From Ignavibacteriota bacterium (GTDB taxonomy: Bacteria > Bacteroidota > Ignavibacteria > Palsa-1295), in the NCBI GenBank assembly GCA_003151825.1, contig PLYO01000031.1, forward strand, positions 4,096-68,095: DNA of 64,000 nt, read 5' to 3'. Numbering within the stretch: position 1 is the stretch's first letter; each line of letters begins with the position of its first letter. The position numbers were made by a program, and so were the translations under genes. Below the pieces are notes generated by a model that saw nothing but the letters and a program-made list of their open reading frames with translations, had not been told where the DNA came from and ran no database searches. Below, one piece after another: positions 9,670 through 20,000 of the stretch.

Positions 9670-10071
9670 CCTACAGAAACATACTGCGCTTCTGCCTTCA
9701 GTGATTGAATAAACATGCCACTCTCAAGCTTTATGACAGGGTACTGAGGGATTTTATAGCTATTCTATGCGATTTCTGATAGAATAAGGGATTATTTAAT
9801 AAAAAAGCAAAATTTCTATAAGAAAGCGAAACATTTATCGTTTTTATGCGTATAACCCAATTGCGAGCGTTGAGAGTGTAAACAGACCGCTGCCAGTACA
9901 GGCATGTATGATCCCTGCACAATGAAATCAAATGGCGCACTGGGGGCAATTCAAAAAGTCCTGCGCGGGTCTACCCTTAGCTTAGGAGACATTAGTTGCC
10001 GTGTTCTTTGAAAATGTATTGTGGCCTGTTGTAGTGTACTTTACGACAGGACTAAAATGATTGGAACGGAC

Positions 10072-10141
10072 TTATCCCATCAACTGCCGCTTGTGGAGAT
10101 ATTCCAGCAGTGCGCGGCGGGCGCGGTCGAAGGGCGTGAAC
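10072..10141 (-). repeat. Copy R4 of the DUF58 gene 3' tail
   Basis: Minus strand reads TPFDRA-RRA-LLEYLHKRQLMG*; all 5 differences in the first 45 nt are synonymous or stop-preserving. Confidence 0.92.
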
Positions 10142-10175
10142 CCAATCCTTGCGCTCATTCGTTAAGTCAAACAGC

Positions 10176-10532
10176 ATGAAACAAGCTTATCGCCAAACGC
10201 CTGCGCCAACGCACTCGCCGAAGAATCCGCGAGTGCAAACAGCGCGCGCGGTAAAAGCGAGACGAAAGCAAACTGTTTCGACTCCGAACGGTTCTCTTGC
10301 CGTTGATTCCACTATCCCTCGTTCGTTCGTGCCGATCTGGGAGATAAGTGAACAGGAACGCGAGAAAATTCGCAAAGACCTTGTCATTGGCCTCAAGGAG
10401 ATGAATGACCTTTATCTTGAGGAATCAAAAGCTTGGTATCCACTCGAAGAAGAAGTGTATGAAAAGTCAATTCGAAACGCTGGGCCGGGGCGACCTCATA
10501 CGAGTCGTCCTCGATCCCGTAAGAGGGCATGA
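10176..10532 (+). CDS. Putative antitoxin partner of MazF
   Basis: Upstream of and overlapping the PemK/MazF gene; acidic C-terminal part. Confidence 0.65.
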   Translation: MKQAYRQTPAPTHSPKNPRVQTARAVKARRKQTVSTPNGSLAVDSTIPRSFVPIWEISEQEREKIRKDLVIGLKEMNDLYLEESKAWYPLEEEVYEKSIRNAGPGRPHTSRPRSRKRA

Positions 10533-10824
10533 ACAATCGGGAATCCGCCCCGCTGTTGTTCTCTCGCCACTACTGATCAATGAGTTTTCCAGTACGATCT
10601 TAGTTGCCGCTTTAACCAGCAAGCGGCTCGATCGAATTTTATCTGTTGAAGTTCTGATCGAAGCGCCGGAAGGTGGTTTAAGATCGGATTCCAAAGTGCT
10701 TCTTCTTCAAATTCGATCGATCGACAAGAGTCGAATCATCGGCACATACGGCTCCTTGACTCAAGACACCATGAACCGAGTCGATCAAGCCCTCGCCATT
10801 GCGACAGGATTGCTGAAGCTATAA
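10459..10824 (+). CDS. PemK/MazF family toxin
   Basis: RGD..V.LDPVRGHEQSGIRPAVVLS, QIRSIDKSRI. Confidence 0.92.
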   Translation: MKSQFETLGRGDLIRVVLDPVRGHEQSGIRPAVVLSPLLINEFSSTILVAALTSKRLDRILSVEVLIEAPEGGLRSDSKVLLLQIRSIDKSRIIGTYGSLTQDTMNRVDQALAIATGLLKL

Positions 10825-10827
10825 CTC

Positions 10828-11733
10828 TCACCCCATCAACTGCCGCTTGTGCAGATATTCGAGCAGAGCGCGATCGAATGGCGTGGTGGTTTCGAGAAGC
10901 AGGTAATCAATCCCTTCGGCGATGAGGGAATCTTTCAAAGTTCCGAGGAATGCTTCTACCGATTTCTGATAGCTTGCCTGCATCTGGTATGGCTGGGTGC
11001 GAATTTGCTCGCCGGTTTCAATATCAACAATCGTAGCGTCGGCGGTTTCCAGTTCTAAGGTTCGTTCGGCGGGATCGAGCACTTGAAATGCAATGACTTC
11101 ATGTCCGGCATGTTGCATGAGCGAAAGCGGGAGCTTTATTTGGTCCGGCTCGTCTAAAAAATCGCTGATTACGATGACAAGTCCACGCCGCGTAAGTCGT
11201 TCGGCCACGCGGCGGAGCGCGGTTTCGGTGCGCGTGGCGTGCGATGGTTCCGTCGTTTGCAGCACACGCAGCATCTCCCGCAAATAACTTTGCTTGAGCC
11301 GCGCCGGCATGAAGGTGCGAAGCTCCTCATCGAAAATCGCGAGGCCAACAGCGTCTTGCTGTCGCATGAGCAAATATGCAAGCGCGGCGGCGAGCATTGT
11401 CGCGTACTTATATTTTGTAATGCGTTTCGGATCGCTCGTGTAATTCATCGAGCGAGAAGCATCGACGATAATATGCGCCTTGAGATTCGTTTCCTCTTCG
11501 TATTGCTTGATGTAATGCCGGTCGGTACGCGCGAAAAGTTTCCAATCTATATTGCGGATGGCATCGCCCGGCAAATAGGGACGGTGCTCCGCAAACTCGA
11601 CGGAAAAACCATGATACGGCGATTTATGCAAACCCGTAATAAATCCCTCCACCACGAATTTCGCGACCAGCTCCATCGAGCCGAGATTGGATGCGATTTC
11701 GGGTCGGAGATATTCGGTGGATTCGTCGGCCAT
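10828..11733 (-). CDS. DUF58 (vWA-like, MoxR-associated) protein
   Basis: GLHKSPYHGFSVEFAEHRPY..GD..R.IDWK, IKQYEEE, ISDFL. Confidence 0.92.
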   Translation of the reverse strand: MADESTEYLRPEIASNLGSMELVAKFVVEGFITGLHKSPYHGFSVEFAEHRPYLPGDAIRNIDWKLFARTDRHYIKQYEEETNLKAHIIVDASRSMNYTSDPKRITKYKYATMLAAALAYLLMRQQDAVGLAIFDEELRTFMPARLKQSYLREMLRVLQTTEPSHATRTETALRRVAERLTRRGLVIVISDFLDEPDQIKLPLSLMQHAGHEVIAFQVLDPAERTLELETADATIVDIETGEQIRTQPYQMQASYQKSVEAFLGTLKDSLIAEGIDYLLLETTTPFDRALLEYLHKRQLMG

Positions 11734-11742
11734 GGGGAAAGC

Positions 11743-11770
11743 GCTAAGTGCTGAGTGCTGAGTGCTGAGG
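11743..11770. repeat. Heptamer tandem repeat (GCTGAGT)x4 forming the hisC 3' end
   Basis: gctaagt gctgagt gctgagt gctgagg. Confidence 0.7.
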
Positions 11771-12865
11771 AATTCGCGTCATAATTTCTTTCATTGCACG
11801 GATTGCCCGCTCATTTTCCTCCATTGTTCCGATGGAAACGCGGACGCAGTCCGGAAGTCCGGAGCCACCCAACGGACGCACGATGATGCCACGGCGTTCC
11901 ATCTCTGCTACGAATTCGTTCGCCGCTTCAACGGACGCGAATGGAAGCAAAAAGAAATTAGCCGCCGTATCGGCAAACGGAATACCAAGTTCGCGGAACG
12001 CCTGTTTAAGATACTCCTTGCCGATCTGATTTATTTCGATGGTCTTGGCAAGAAATTCGTCATCGTCCAGCGCAGCAATTCCTGCGGCTTGCGCGGGCGA
12101 GCTTGGTTCGAATGGCAGCTTCACTTTCAGCATCGGCACGATAATTTCCTCCGGCCCCGTTCCGAAACCAATGCGAAGCCCTGCCAGTCCATGCGATTTT
12201 GAAAAGGTGCGAAGCGTAAAAACATTCGGGCGAATATCGTCCATCAATGTAAAATAATCCGGCACATCTGAAATTGCGAAATCGTAATAGGCCTCATCGC
12301 AAAGAATGATAACGTCTTTAGGAACCTGATGATAAAATGCTTCGAACACCTTGCTGCCAAAAACGCTGCCCGTTGGATTGTTCGGATTTGCGAGATAGAT
12401 GAGCTTCGTGTTTTCTGAAATACAATTGACAATTGCATTTAAATCATAAGCAAAATCGCGCATGGGAACTGTAATGAGCTTGAGGCCAATCGCATGCGCA
12501 AGCACATAGAAACCAGTAAACGTCCCATCGCTCGTCAGGACTTCATCGCCTTTTTCGAGAAACGTCCGCATGAGCGTGTTCATCACGCCCTCGCTACCAG
12601 AACCGGCGATTACCTGATTGATGGAGAGCCGATACTTTTTCGCAATCGCTTCGCGCAACGATTTTCCACCGTTCGGATAATGATGGATTCCGGCAAGCGC
12701 GTGACTCACAGCTTCCATTGCCTTCGGCGATGGGCCGAGGGGATTCTCGTTCGAGGCGAGCTTAATCACATCGGCCAGACCGTGCTCGGCCATGACCTCT
12801 TCGATCGGTTTGCCAGGTTTATAGGCCTGAAGCGCTGCAATATGCGCGGGAGGGGTAATTTTCAT
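11744..12865 (-). CDS. hisC: Histidinol-phosphate aminotransferase
   Basis: KLASNENPLGPSP, NPNNPTG, DEAY, RTFSKSHGLAGLRIG. Confidence 0.93.
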   Translation of the reverse strand: MKITPPAHIAALQAYKPGKPIEEVMAEHGLADVIKLASNENPLGPSPKAMEAVSHALAGIHHYPNGGKSLREAIAKKYRLSINQVIAGSGSEGVMNTLMRTFLEKGDEVLTSDGTFTGFYVLAHAIGLKLITVPMRDFAYDLNAIVNCISENTKLIYLANPNNPTGSVFGSKVFEAFYHQVPKDVIILCDEAYYDFAISDVPDYFTLMDDIRPNVFTLRTFSKSHGLAGLRIGFGTGPEEIIVPMLKVKLPFEPSSPAQAAGIAALDDDEFLAKTIEINQIGKEYLKQAFRELGIPFADTAANFFLLPFASVEAANEFVAEMERRGIIVRPLGGSGLPDCVRVSIGTMEENERAIRAMKEIMTRIPQHSALST

Positions 12866-13013
12866 CTTTCGAGAACCGTGTTCGGCTCGGAAACGAAGAG
12901 CGCGGCGATTGTGTCTCACAAATCATCATACACTTGGCATAAAGAAAAGAAGTGGTATTTCTTGCATTTCCAACCATTATTTTGTATATTTGTGGGGCTT
13001 TAGGGATTATTAG

Positions 13014-13760
13014 ATGATTAATTTACGCCGGGCGACTTTTTTTGCCACCCTTTTTTTCATGGGCCTTCTGGCCCTGAGCGGGTGCCGTACCTCTCAGCAG
13101 CAAGCGCATCGCGCGAATGCAGGAAAGAATGCCTCGGGCGGTCCCGCGCTTTCGCGGCAAATGGATTCGCTGCTACTCATCGAGCAAAAGCTCATCGAGG
13201 TCATCGATTCTATGACGGATCTCGTCAAGGCCGACCATGCCCGCATCCGCGCGCTCGAAGAGCATACGCAGACGATGCAAACGTCCTCCGCCACGCCATT
13301 ACCCCCGAACGATCCTTACCCGTCCCCTGCAACCGAGGAGCCGCATGAGACTTACGTACCGCCAGCCGCTACCACTTCCGCAGCATTTCAGGAACGCTAC
13401 AATTCCGCACTTCATCTTTACAACGAAAATAATTTTAAAGAAGCGCTGGGAGAATTTAAATCCCTCGAGCAAGACGACCCTAACGGTACCTACGCCGGGA
13501 ATTATAAATATTGGGAAGGCGAATGTTATTACGCCGAAAAGCGCTATAACATGGCGGTGCAAACGTTCGGGAAGGTGCTCGAATCGTTTCCTAATTCTAT
13601 AAAGGTCGCGGCTGCCGAGTTCAAGATCGGAGAATGCTACGAACGGCTGAATTTACCGCAAAGCGCACGCGCGGCCTACGAGCACCTTATAGCCGATTAC
13701 CCAAGTTCGGAATACCGCGCCCGCGCCGAGGCACGACTAAAAGCTTTGAAAGATGAATAA
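13014..13760 (+). CDS. TPR lipoprotein, CpoB/YbgF-like
   Basis: Lipobox LSGC, coiled segment, YWEGECYY TPR repeats. Confidence 0.8.
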   Translation: MINLRRATFFATLFFMGLLALSGCRTSQQQAHRANAGKNASGGPALSRQMDSLLLIEQKLIEVIDSMTDLVKADHARIRALEEHTQTMQTSSATPLPPNDPYPSPATEEPHETYVPPAATTSAAFQERYNSALHLYNENNFKEALGEFKSLEQDDPNGTYAGNYKYWEGECYYAEKRYNMAVQTFGKVLESFPNSIKVAAAEFKIGECYERLNLPQSARAAYEHLIADYPSSEYRARAEARLKALKDE

Positions 13761-14604
13761 AAAAAATATGATACGACCCATTCGCCTTTTTTGCCGCATC
13801 GCCTTTCCTTTGGCGTTGGCTTTTAGCACAAGCGCGCGCGCGCAGGACGCCGATCAGCCATCCGGCGAGCTTCCGACGCTCTTTAGCGTCAAGGCCAGCG
13901 CCGGTTTTGGCCTGGGGCGCGCCACGCAGCTCTATGGCTACGATGGCAATTCCGAAGTATGGTGGAGCACCGGGCAAGGAGCGAAAATGAACATCGCGCT
14001 CGATCTACCCATTCTGCCCATCGACGTCGTCGATTCCGCGGGCAGCAATAGCGGAACCGTTCCCGTTGTGGGCTTGGAACTCGAAGCCGCTTCCGGTTAC
14101 GATCTCTCGACGGGTGGCACAACGAACGATCCCATTGGAGGCGGATCTATTCAAACGACCACACGCACCTCCTCTTACATCCCGGTCACGTTAGGCTTGA
14201 ACGCGCGCACTAATTTTGGCGGAGGCTTGCCTTCGGTTTATATTGGCGCGGGCGGCGGCGTATGGATCGTGGGAGATTACGAGGAGGACGTTAGCTTCTC
14301 GAACAATGCTTCCGGAAGCTTCACGCGCCAAATGCACCCGCCCATCCCCTTCGGGTTGTATGGCGCAATCGGATTTGAATTGCCGCTCGCATACGATCCC
14401 GACGCCGGCAACAGCATGTTCGATCTTTTCGCCGAAGTGCGCCTGACGGAAATGACCACGTATATTTATAGCTACGATGTAACCGGAGGGGGTCAGACCT
14501 CCACGCTAAGCACGCTTTCGGATCCGTATCTCTCTCTGAAGGACCAAGCGCGTTCGGCTTCGAATGTTTCGCTCTCACTCGGATTCAAATTCAATCTTTA
14601 TTAA
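13753..14604 (+). CDS. Outer-membrane beta-barrel protein
   Basis: Signal peptide, alternating strand pattern, C-terminal LGFKFNLY. Confidence 0.75.
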   Translation: MNKKNMIRPIRLFCRIAFPLALAFSTSARAQDADQPSGELPTLFSVKASAGFGLGRATQLYGYDGNSEVWWSTGQGAKMNIALDLPILPIDVVDSAGSNSGTVPVVGLELEAASGYDLSTGGTTNDPIGGGSIQTTTRTSSYIPVTLGLNARTNFGGGLPSVYIGAGGGVWIVGDYEEDVSFSNNASGSFTRQMHPPIPFGLYGAIGFELPLAYDPDAGNSMFDLFAEVRLTEMTTYIYSYDVTGGGQTSTLSTLSDPYLSLKDQARSASNVSLSLGFKFNLY

Positions 14605-14613
14605 GAGGCGCCC

Positions 14614-15285
14614 ATGCTACCACATAAATCACGCTTTATATTTTTTGGATTCCTCGCATTCTCTTTGGGCTTTGTCTCATGCCGTTCTTCAAGAACGAAC
14701 AAGACGAATGCGACGCATAATAAAACAACAGCGCCAGCAAATGATACTGGCACGCCGAGCGCACGAACCGTCCTAACTCGAGCCGATAGCGCCCTTGCCC
14801 GCGTGAATCAACTTTCGGATGAGGATCGCGAAGCCGCGCCGATGGCTGAGCCATCCGGCGAGCCTAATTTCGCACCACCCCGCACAGCCTGGGGCGCTCC
14901 TAACGTGCCGCAGCCAAATCTGACCGATTACGGTCTCTACGAAGCCGCGCTCGGCTCGTACAATGGCCGTAAGTACGACGAAGCCATCGCGCTGTTTTCT
15001 CAAATAGTTACCAAAGGGCGTCCGCCCGAACTTGTTCCGAACGCTTATTATTGGATGGGTGAAGCTTTCTATGCCGAAAGCCGCTACGCGGAATCCATCC
15101 CCTATTTCGAATACGTTACCCACGTCGGACCGCAATACAAACGCGAGATGGCGTTCTTCAAGCTTTCACGCGCCGCGCTGCATCTCGGCAACAAGCAGGA
15201 CGCCAATATGTATTACGAGCGGCTCCGCAACGAGTATCCGCGCAGCCAATATATTGCCACGCTGAAGAAACTCGGAGCGCGATAA
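14614..15285 (+). CDS. TPR lipoprotein, CpoB/YbgF-like
   Basis: Lipobox FVSC, NAYYWMGEAFY TPR. Confidence 0.8.
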   Translation: MLPHKSRFIFFGFLAFSLGFVSCRSSRTNKTNATHNKTTAPANDTGTPSARTVLTRADSALARVNQLSDEDREAAPMAEPSGEPNFAPPRTAWGAPNVPQPNLTDYGLYEAALGSYNGRKYDEAIALFSQIVTKGRPPELVPNAYYWMGEAFYAESRYAESIPYFEYVTHVGPQYKREMAFFKLSRAALHLGNKQDANMYYERLRNEYPRSQYIATLKKLGAR

Positions 15286-15348
15286 TCTACCCGAATTCTT
15301 TCGGGATGACTTCGGGTTGTGGATTAGCCCATTAGGGCTGGTCTTTCC

Positions 15349-17010
15349 ATGGTCTTACTTTTTCGCGAGCGGATCGTTTGCATTATTGCCTCGGCACTGA
15401 GCCTTGTGCTGGCTCTCACGCCCACCGTATTGCGTGCGCAACTTATTCCTCACATTGCATTCAACCACACTTATGGCGGCCTTCGGGAGGATGAAGGCTG
15501 CGGCACCATAGTCCAGACCGGCGATAGCGGCTTCGTCGTGGCGGGTTATACGGGCGATACTGTCGAACCGGGGCTTCCCGATTATCACGGCGGCTTCGAA
15601 GACGCATGGATAATCAAACTCGATAACGCCGGAAACATCGTCTGGCAAAAATGTCTCGGCGGGAGCAAGCAGGAAGAATGCAATTCGATGATCCAGACGA
15701 GGGACGGCGGATATTGCCTCGCTATTCGAACGGAATCATTCGACGGGGATGTCGTCGAAATCGACAGCGCTTACGGCGGTGGCAGTGATGGATGGATCGT
15801 CAAGCTGACGCCCGATCACCAAATCCAGTGGGCAACGGTCATCGGTGGCTCCAATTGGGACGACGTGCTCGGCATCATCCAGTCAGATGATGGTGGCTAT
15901 GCCGTTGCCGGGTACACCGAGTCAAACGACGGATGTGTTACAGGTCATTACGGCGGAGACAGTGTCCAAGACGATGACGCATGGATCACAAAACTCGATG
16001 ATTCCGGCAAAGTTCAGTGGTCGAAATGCTATGGCGGTTTGGAACAAGATTGGGCCGAATCCATCGTGCAAACTCCGGACCACGGCTACTGCTTTGCCGG
16101 CTTCACCTATTCGCATGACGGCGATGTTTCCGGTCTGCACGGCTACCCTTTGCATACAAGCTCCGATGCGTGGGTGGTAAAACTCGACTCCGCCGGCAAC
16201 ATCGAGTGGCAGAAATGCTTAGGCGGCGACAGCACCGACTGGGCCACGTCAATCGCGCTGACATCCGATAGCGGCTTCATCATTACAGGCGGCACCTATT
16301 CCAACGATGGCGACGTCACCGGAAACCACGGCGGCGGCGATGAGTGGGTCGTGAAACTTACCGCATCCGGAAAAATCCAATGGCAAAGATCTCTCGGAGG
16401 AGACACTACGGATAGAGGATGGTCCGTCAAGCAAACTTCCGATGGTGGTTACATCACGGCTGGCATGACCATGTCTAACAACGGCGATGTCTCCGGCAAT
16501 CATGACGGGGGCGACGCATGGATTGTCAAACTCGATGCGAATGGTACCACCGAGTGGCAGAAATGCCTCGGAGGTACCAAGCTCGATGTCGGCTATAACG
16601 TCATTCAGTTGACGAATGACGACTACGCCTTCACCGGCTGGACTGGGTCCTCGAACGGAGATATTCTGTTCAATCATGGGAATGTGGATATGTGGGTCGT
16701 AACATTAAGCAACAGCTCCTCTGTCACGAATGGGACCATCCCATTACCTGGCTCGATTTCGCTTTATCCTCAGCCCGCAACTAACTCAATTACAATAGAT
16801 TACAATATCCAATCGGCAACATCGAATTTACGGATTGAAGTACGTAACGTCCTCGGCATGATCGTCTCTCGCACTGACGAAAACCCAGGCCTATACGGCC
16901 CCCATGAAGCGCAGCTCGATCTCACCGGCCTCATGCCCGGCTGCTATTTCGTTTCGATTTCCGGGCCGGGATTTTCCGCGTCCGCGCCGTTTCAGGTTAT
17001 ACCGAGGTAA
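15349..17010 (+). CDS. Secreted beta-propeller repeat protein with T9SS-type C-terminal domain
   Basis: Repeats DAW(I/V)VKLD..G..WQKCLGG; C-terminal LYPQPA...GCYFV. Confidence 0.85.
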   Translation: MVLLFRERIVCIIASALSLVLALTPTVLRAQLIPHIAFNHTYGGLREDEGCGTIVQTGDSGFVVAGYTGDTVEPGLPDYHGGFEDAWIIKLDNAGNIVWQKCLGGSKQEECNSMIQTRDGGYCLAIRTESFDGDVVEIDSAYGGGSDGWIVKLTPDHQIQWATVIGGSNWDDVLGIIQSDDGGYAVAGYTESNDGCVTGHYGGDSVQDDDAWITKLDDSGKVQWSKCYGGLEQDWAESIVQTPDHGYCFAGFTYSHDGDVSGLHGYPLHTSSDAWVVKLDSAGNIEWQKCLGGDSTDWATSIALTSDSGFIITGGTYSNDGDVTGNHGGGDEWVVKLTASGKIQWQRSLGGDTTDRGWSVKQTSDGGYITAGMTMSNNGDVSGNHDGGDAWIVKLDANGTTEWQKCLGGTKLDVGYNVIQLTNDDYAFTGWTGSSNGDILFNHGNVDMWVVTLSNSSSVTNGTIPLPGSISLYPQPATNSITIDYNIQSATSNLRIEVRNVLGMIVSRTDENPGLYGPHEAQLDLTGLMPGCYFVSISGPGFSASAPFQVIPR

Positions 17011-17035
17011 TGCGCGTATTGTATTATAGAATGCG

Positions 17036-20000
17036 TCAGTGTTGAACTACGAATGAACGTGAAATCTCTTCGCGGGTTTGCTGGAACCCTCGTTCAAGAT
17101 ACAGGAAATATTCCCCGGATGCGAGCGAGCTTACCGAGAGACAGATGGGAGAGGATTGCGTGGCGCCCTGACTCGCTAAAGTACCCCTCGCATTGAATAC
17201 ATACCATCGCACGCTACGGTCGAGCGCGGTGGTATCGAGAGAATATCCTACTTCTATCGTTCTCGCCGCCGGGTTTGGGTCGATGCTTGAGATCGCAAGT
17301 ATATGAGTTGCCATGAACCTGCTCAAAAGCGAATCGCCACATCCGAGCGTAAGCGCGAAGCGGCTCGCGTTGGACGAAGAAAGAGAATAATCAAGACAGT
17401 CCGCAGTGAATGAAGAACTTGCCATCGAAGTGAGCGCAATATCCGTCGCGAGCGAATCCGAGACGAACGGCCTCGCAATAACCCGAAGCGCTTCGGACAT
17501 GTTGTTATCTTGCGAAGCGGCGAGGAATGTTGCAAGGTTGATCGAAATGTCTATCGTGATCGTGTCGGCAATCATGTTCCATTGCTTGACGTCGATCGCC
17601 TGGTCGGACACTTCGACATTAATAGGGGCAAGCACGTCCGTGTTACAAACGATTTTAAATTCCATCGGGAGCGTGCCTCTTTGCGGAGCTTGGGGTATGT
17701 TCGATACCGAAAGATCGAGCGGGATTGTCACCGTATCGAGCACACCGGCCGAAAGCGGAATTGGCGGAGCGATTTCCGCGCGGAATGCCGCGCGTGGCAG
17801 ACCATTCCCGTTCAATTGGATGGTGGTGTCGTGCTCATGACCATTTGCATCGGAATAAAAAATAGTGGCGCTGCCGCTTGCAGCACCGGAAGCAGCGGGA
17901 GAAAATGTAAACGGAAGCCTTGCGCTCGAATCATGCGAGAGCATTTGTGGAAGCGTTGCTTCGAGCGGCGAAAAAATGCCCGAGGGTCCTGATTTCATAG
18001 AATCGACACGAATCCACGCGCAACTCGAATTCGAGAATGCAACCGAGGAAGTGTCGAGTCCGCAATTTGCGACAGCGCCCTGGAATTCGATCGTCGTTGT
18101 AGCGAGCGCGACGCGTGGCGAATCGGGTATGCCGGTCGCGGTGAATTCGATTTGCGAACTGCCGCCATTCGTCGTGATTGCTAACGAAGCGAGATAATTA
18201 CGGAGCGAATCCGGCGCGCAGGTAAATCGCAAGACTTCCGAATCTCCTCTCGGAAGATTTTTTGGCAAAATCGTATCAAGTCCGAACACGCGTACGTCTC
18301 CATGGGGCTGGAACTTTAAGAAGCGAAGCGTATCGCACGCATCGTTGAAGATGGTAAGCTGCGCAGTGCTGTCCGCGCATAGAGCGACGTTGCCGAATGT
18401 GAGCGAGGAGTCGGAAAGTTTGAGGTGCGAAGGTATGCCGGTCCCCGAAAATGAGATTTGCGAACCGTTGGCATTGGTCGTGATTTTAAGCGAAGCCAGA
18501 TAATTTCGAAGGGAGTCCGGAGCGAAGGCGAAGTGGAGCACTTCCGAATCTCCAGGTGGCAGATTTTGTGGCAAAGTCGTACCCAGTCCAAATGCGCTTA
18601 CGTCTCCATTCGGCTGATACCGTACAAAGCGAAGTGTATCGCATCCATCGTTATAGATGGTAAGCTGCGTGGTACTGTCCGCGCAAACTGCGACGCTTCC
18701 GAATGCGAGCGAGGAATCGGATAGCTCGTAATGAGCTGGTCCGGGGCGAATGATACCCGAGATAGCGAGCGTCGTATCATAAGCAACGGTGTCGTTTAAT
18801 TCAAAAACGCGATAATAGAAATGCAGAACGCCCGATGCCGTGCCGGGAGCGTGCGCAGTAAGCCCTACGCCAACGTCCTTCGATTGAAATTGATCGAGTA
18901 TCGCTGGGAAACCGCCCGAACCTGACAATAAAAACGCGGAGCCGGAATCGAGCAATAACGAATCGAGGATGAGTGGGTTGCAACCAGGGTTGAGAATCCT
19001 GAGCAGCCCGATTCCCGTATCGCAAGCGGTTGCGAATACCGTGTCCATAATAAGGCCGAGGGCCGCTTTCGGCTCGATGGCTCTGGCCGAGATCGGAATC
19101 GTATCGTTTCCGTCATTGGTCTGAACGATCAGAATTGCGCTGTTGCCTCCGTTCGTAAGGGGTTGGTATCGTAAAATTATGAGTGCGGTGTCGCCAGCTA
19201 CCAGTATTTTGGGAGAAGCGTTTGCAAAGAATATAGAAGTGTCTCCGGCGAGGGCAACGCCGTCAAATTCCAGTTCATCGCATCCATCGTTGCGGAGCGT
19301 GAGCGTGTCGTAGCCGAGTGCGCCGGGGCATAGCGTTAGCGATCCAAAATCGAGCGAATTTGGAGAGATCGTGCGGCCATGCGGCCCGGGAAAAACAACG
19401 AACGTAACCGGAGCCGAATCGTCATAATCCAGCCCACCCCATCGCTGGCGTATATGTAGTAACTCGGTGAACGTTCCGGTTTCGAATGGCGATACCGATG
19501 CTTGAATTGTTAAACTGGAGTCACTCGATGTGAGGTTCGAGACCGAGAGGTGTACCCCGCCCGAGTCATTGCCCGTGAGATACATCGTGTCTAACAGATA
19601 CGCATAGCATGCCGCGGGAATGGTCGCGACCACGAACTTTGAAGAGTCGCAAAGCCCGATTTGAATGGTATCCGGCGATATAACCGGCGCGGGTATTTGA
19701 ATGTTTGCGATTGCGGTATCGTCGGAAAATTTCCACACATTCCCCAGCGAATCCGAGGCGATGATCGTCGTGTCATTAACGACGGTAAGCGTGCGTGAAT
19801 CCGCTACGCTCGAAGGCCCGCCAATGACGTTCCAAGTCGCGCCCTGGTCGGTTGAACGGATAACCCCCTCGGTCATCGTTTGGCAATAGATGCCGTGAGT
19901 TGAAACCACGATGCCGCCCGTGAGAAACCGTCTGGGAGCAGTGAAGACTGTGTCCCACGACACCCCCCCATCGGCTGACCTGAGAATATAACCATTGAAA

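Noticed and set aside
8226-10141. Canonical integron attC sites
   Set aside because: No RYYYAAC...GTTRRRY ends (R1 and R2 run GTT...AAC instead), no intI in the window, and the repeats translate to the DUF58 C-terminus
8226-10872. CRISPR array interpretation of the repeats
   Set aside because: Spacers are 0.4-0.7 kb and contain genes, the repeats are a coding-gene tail, and no cas genes are present
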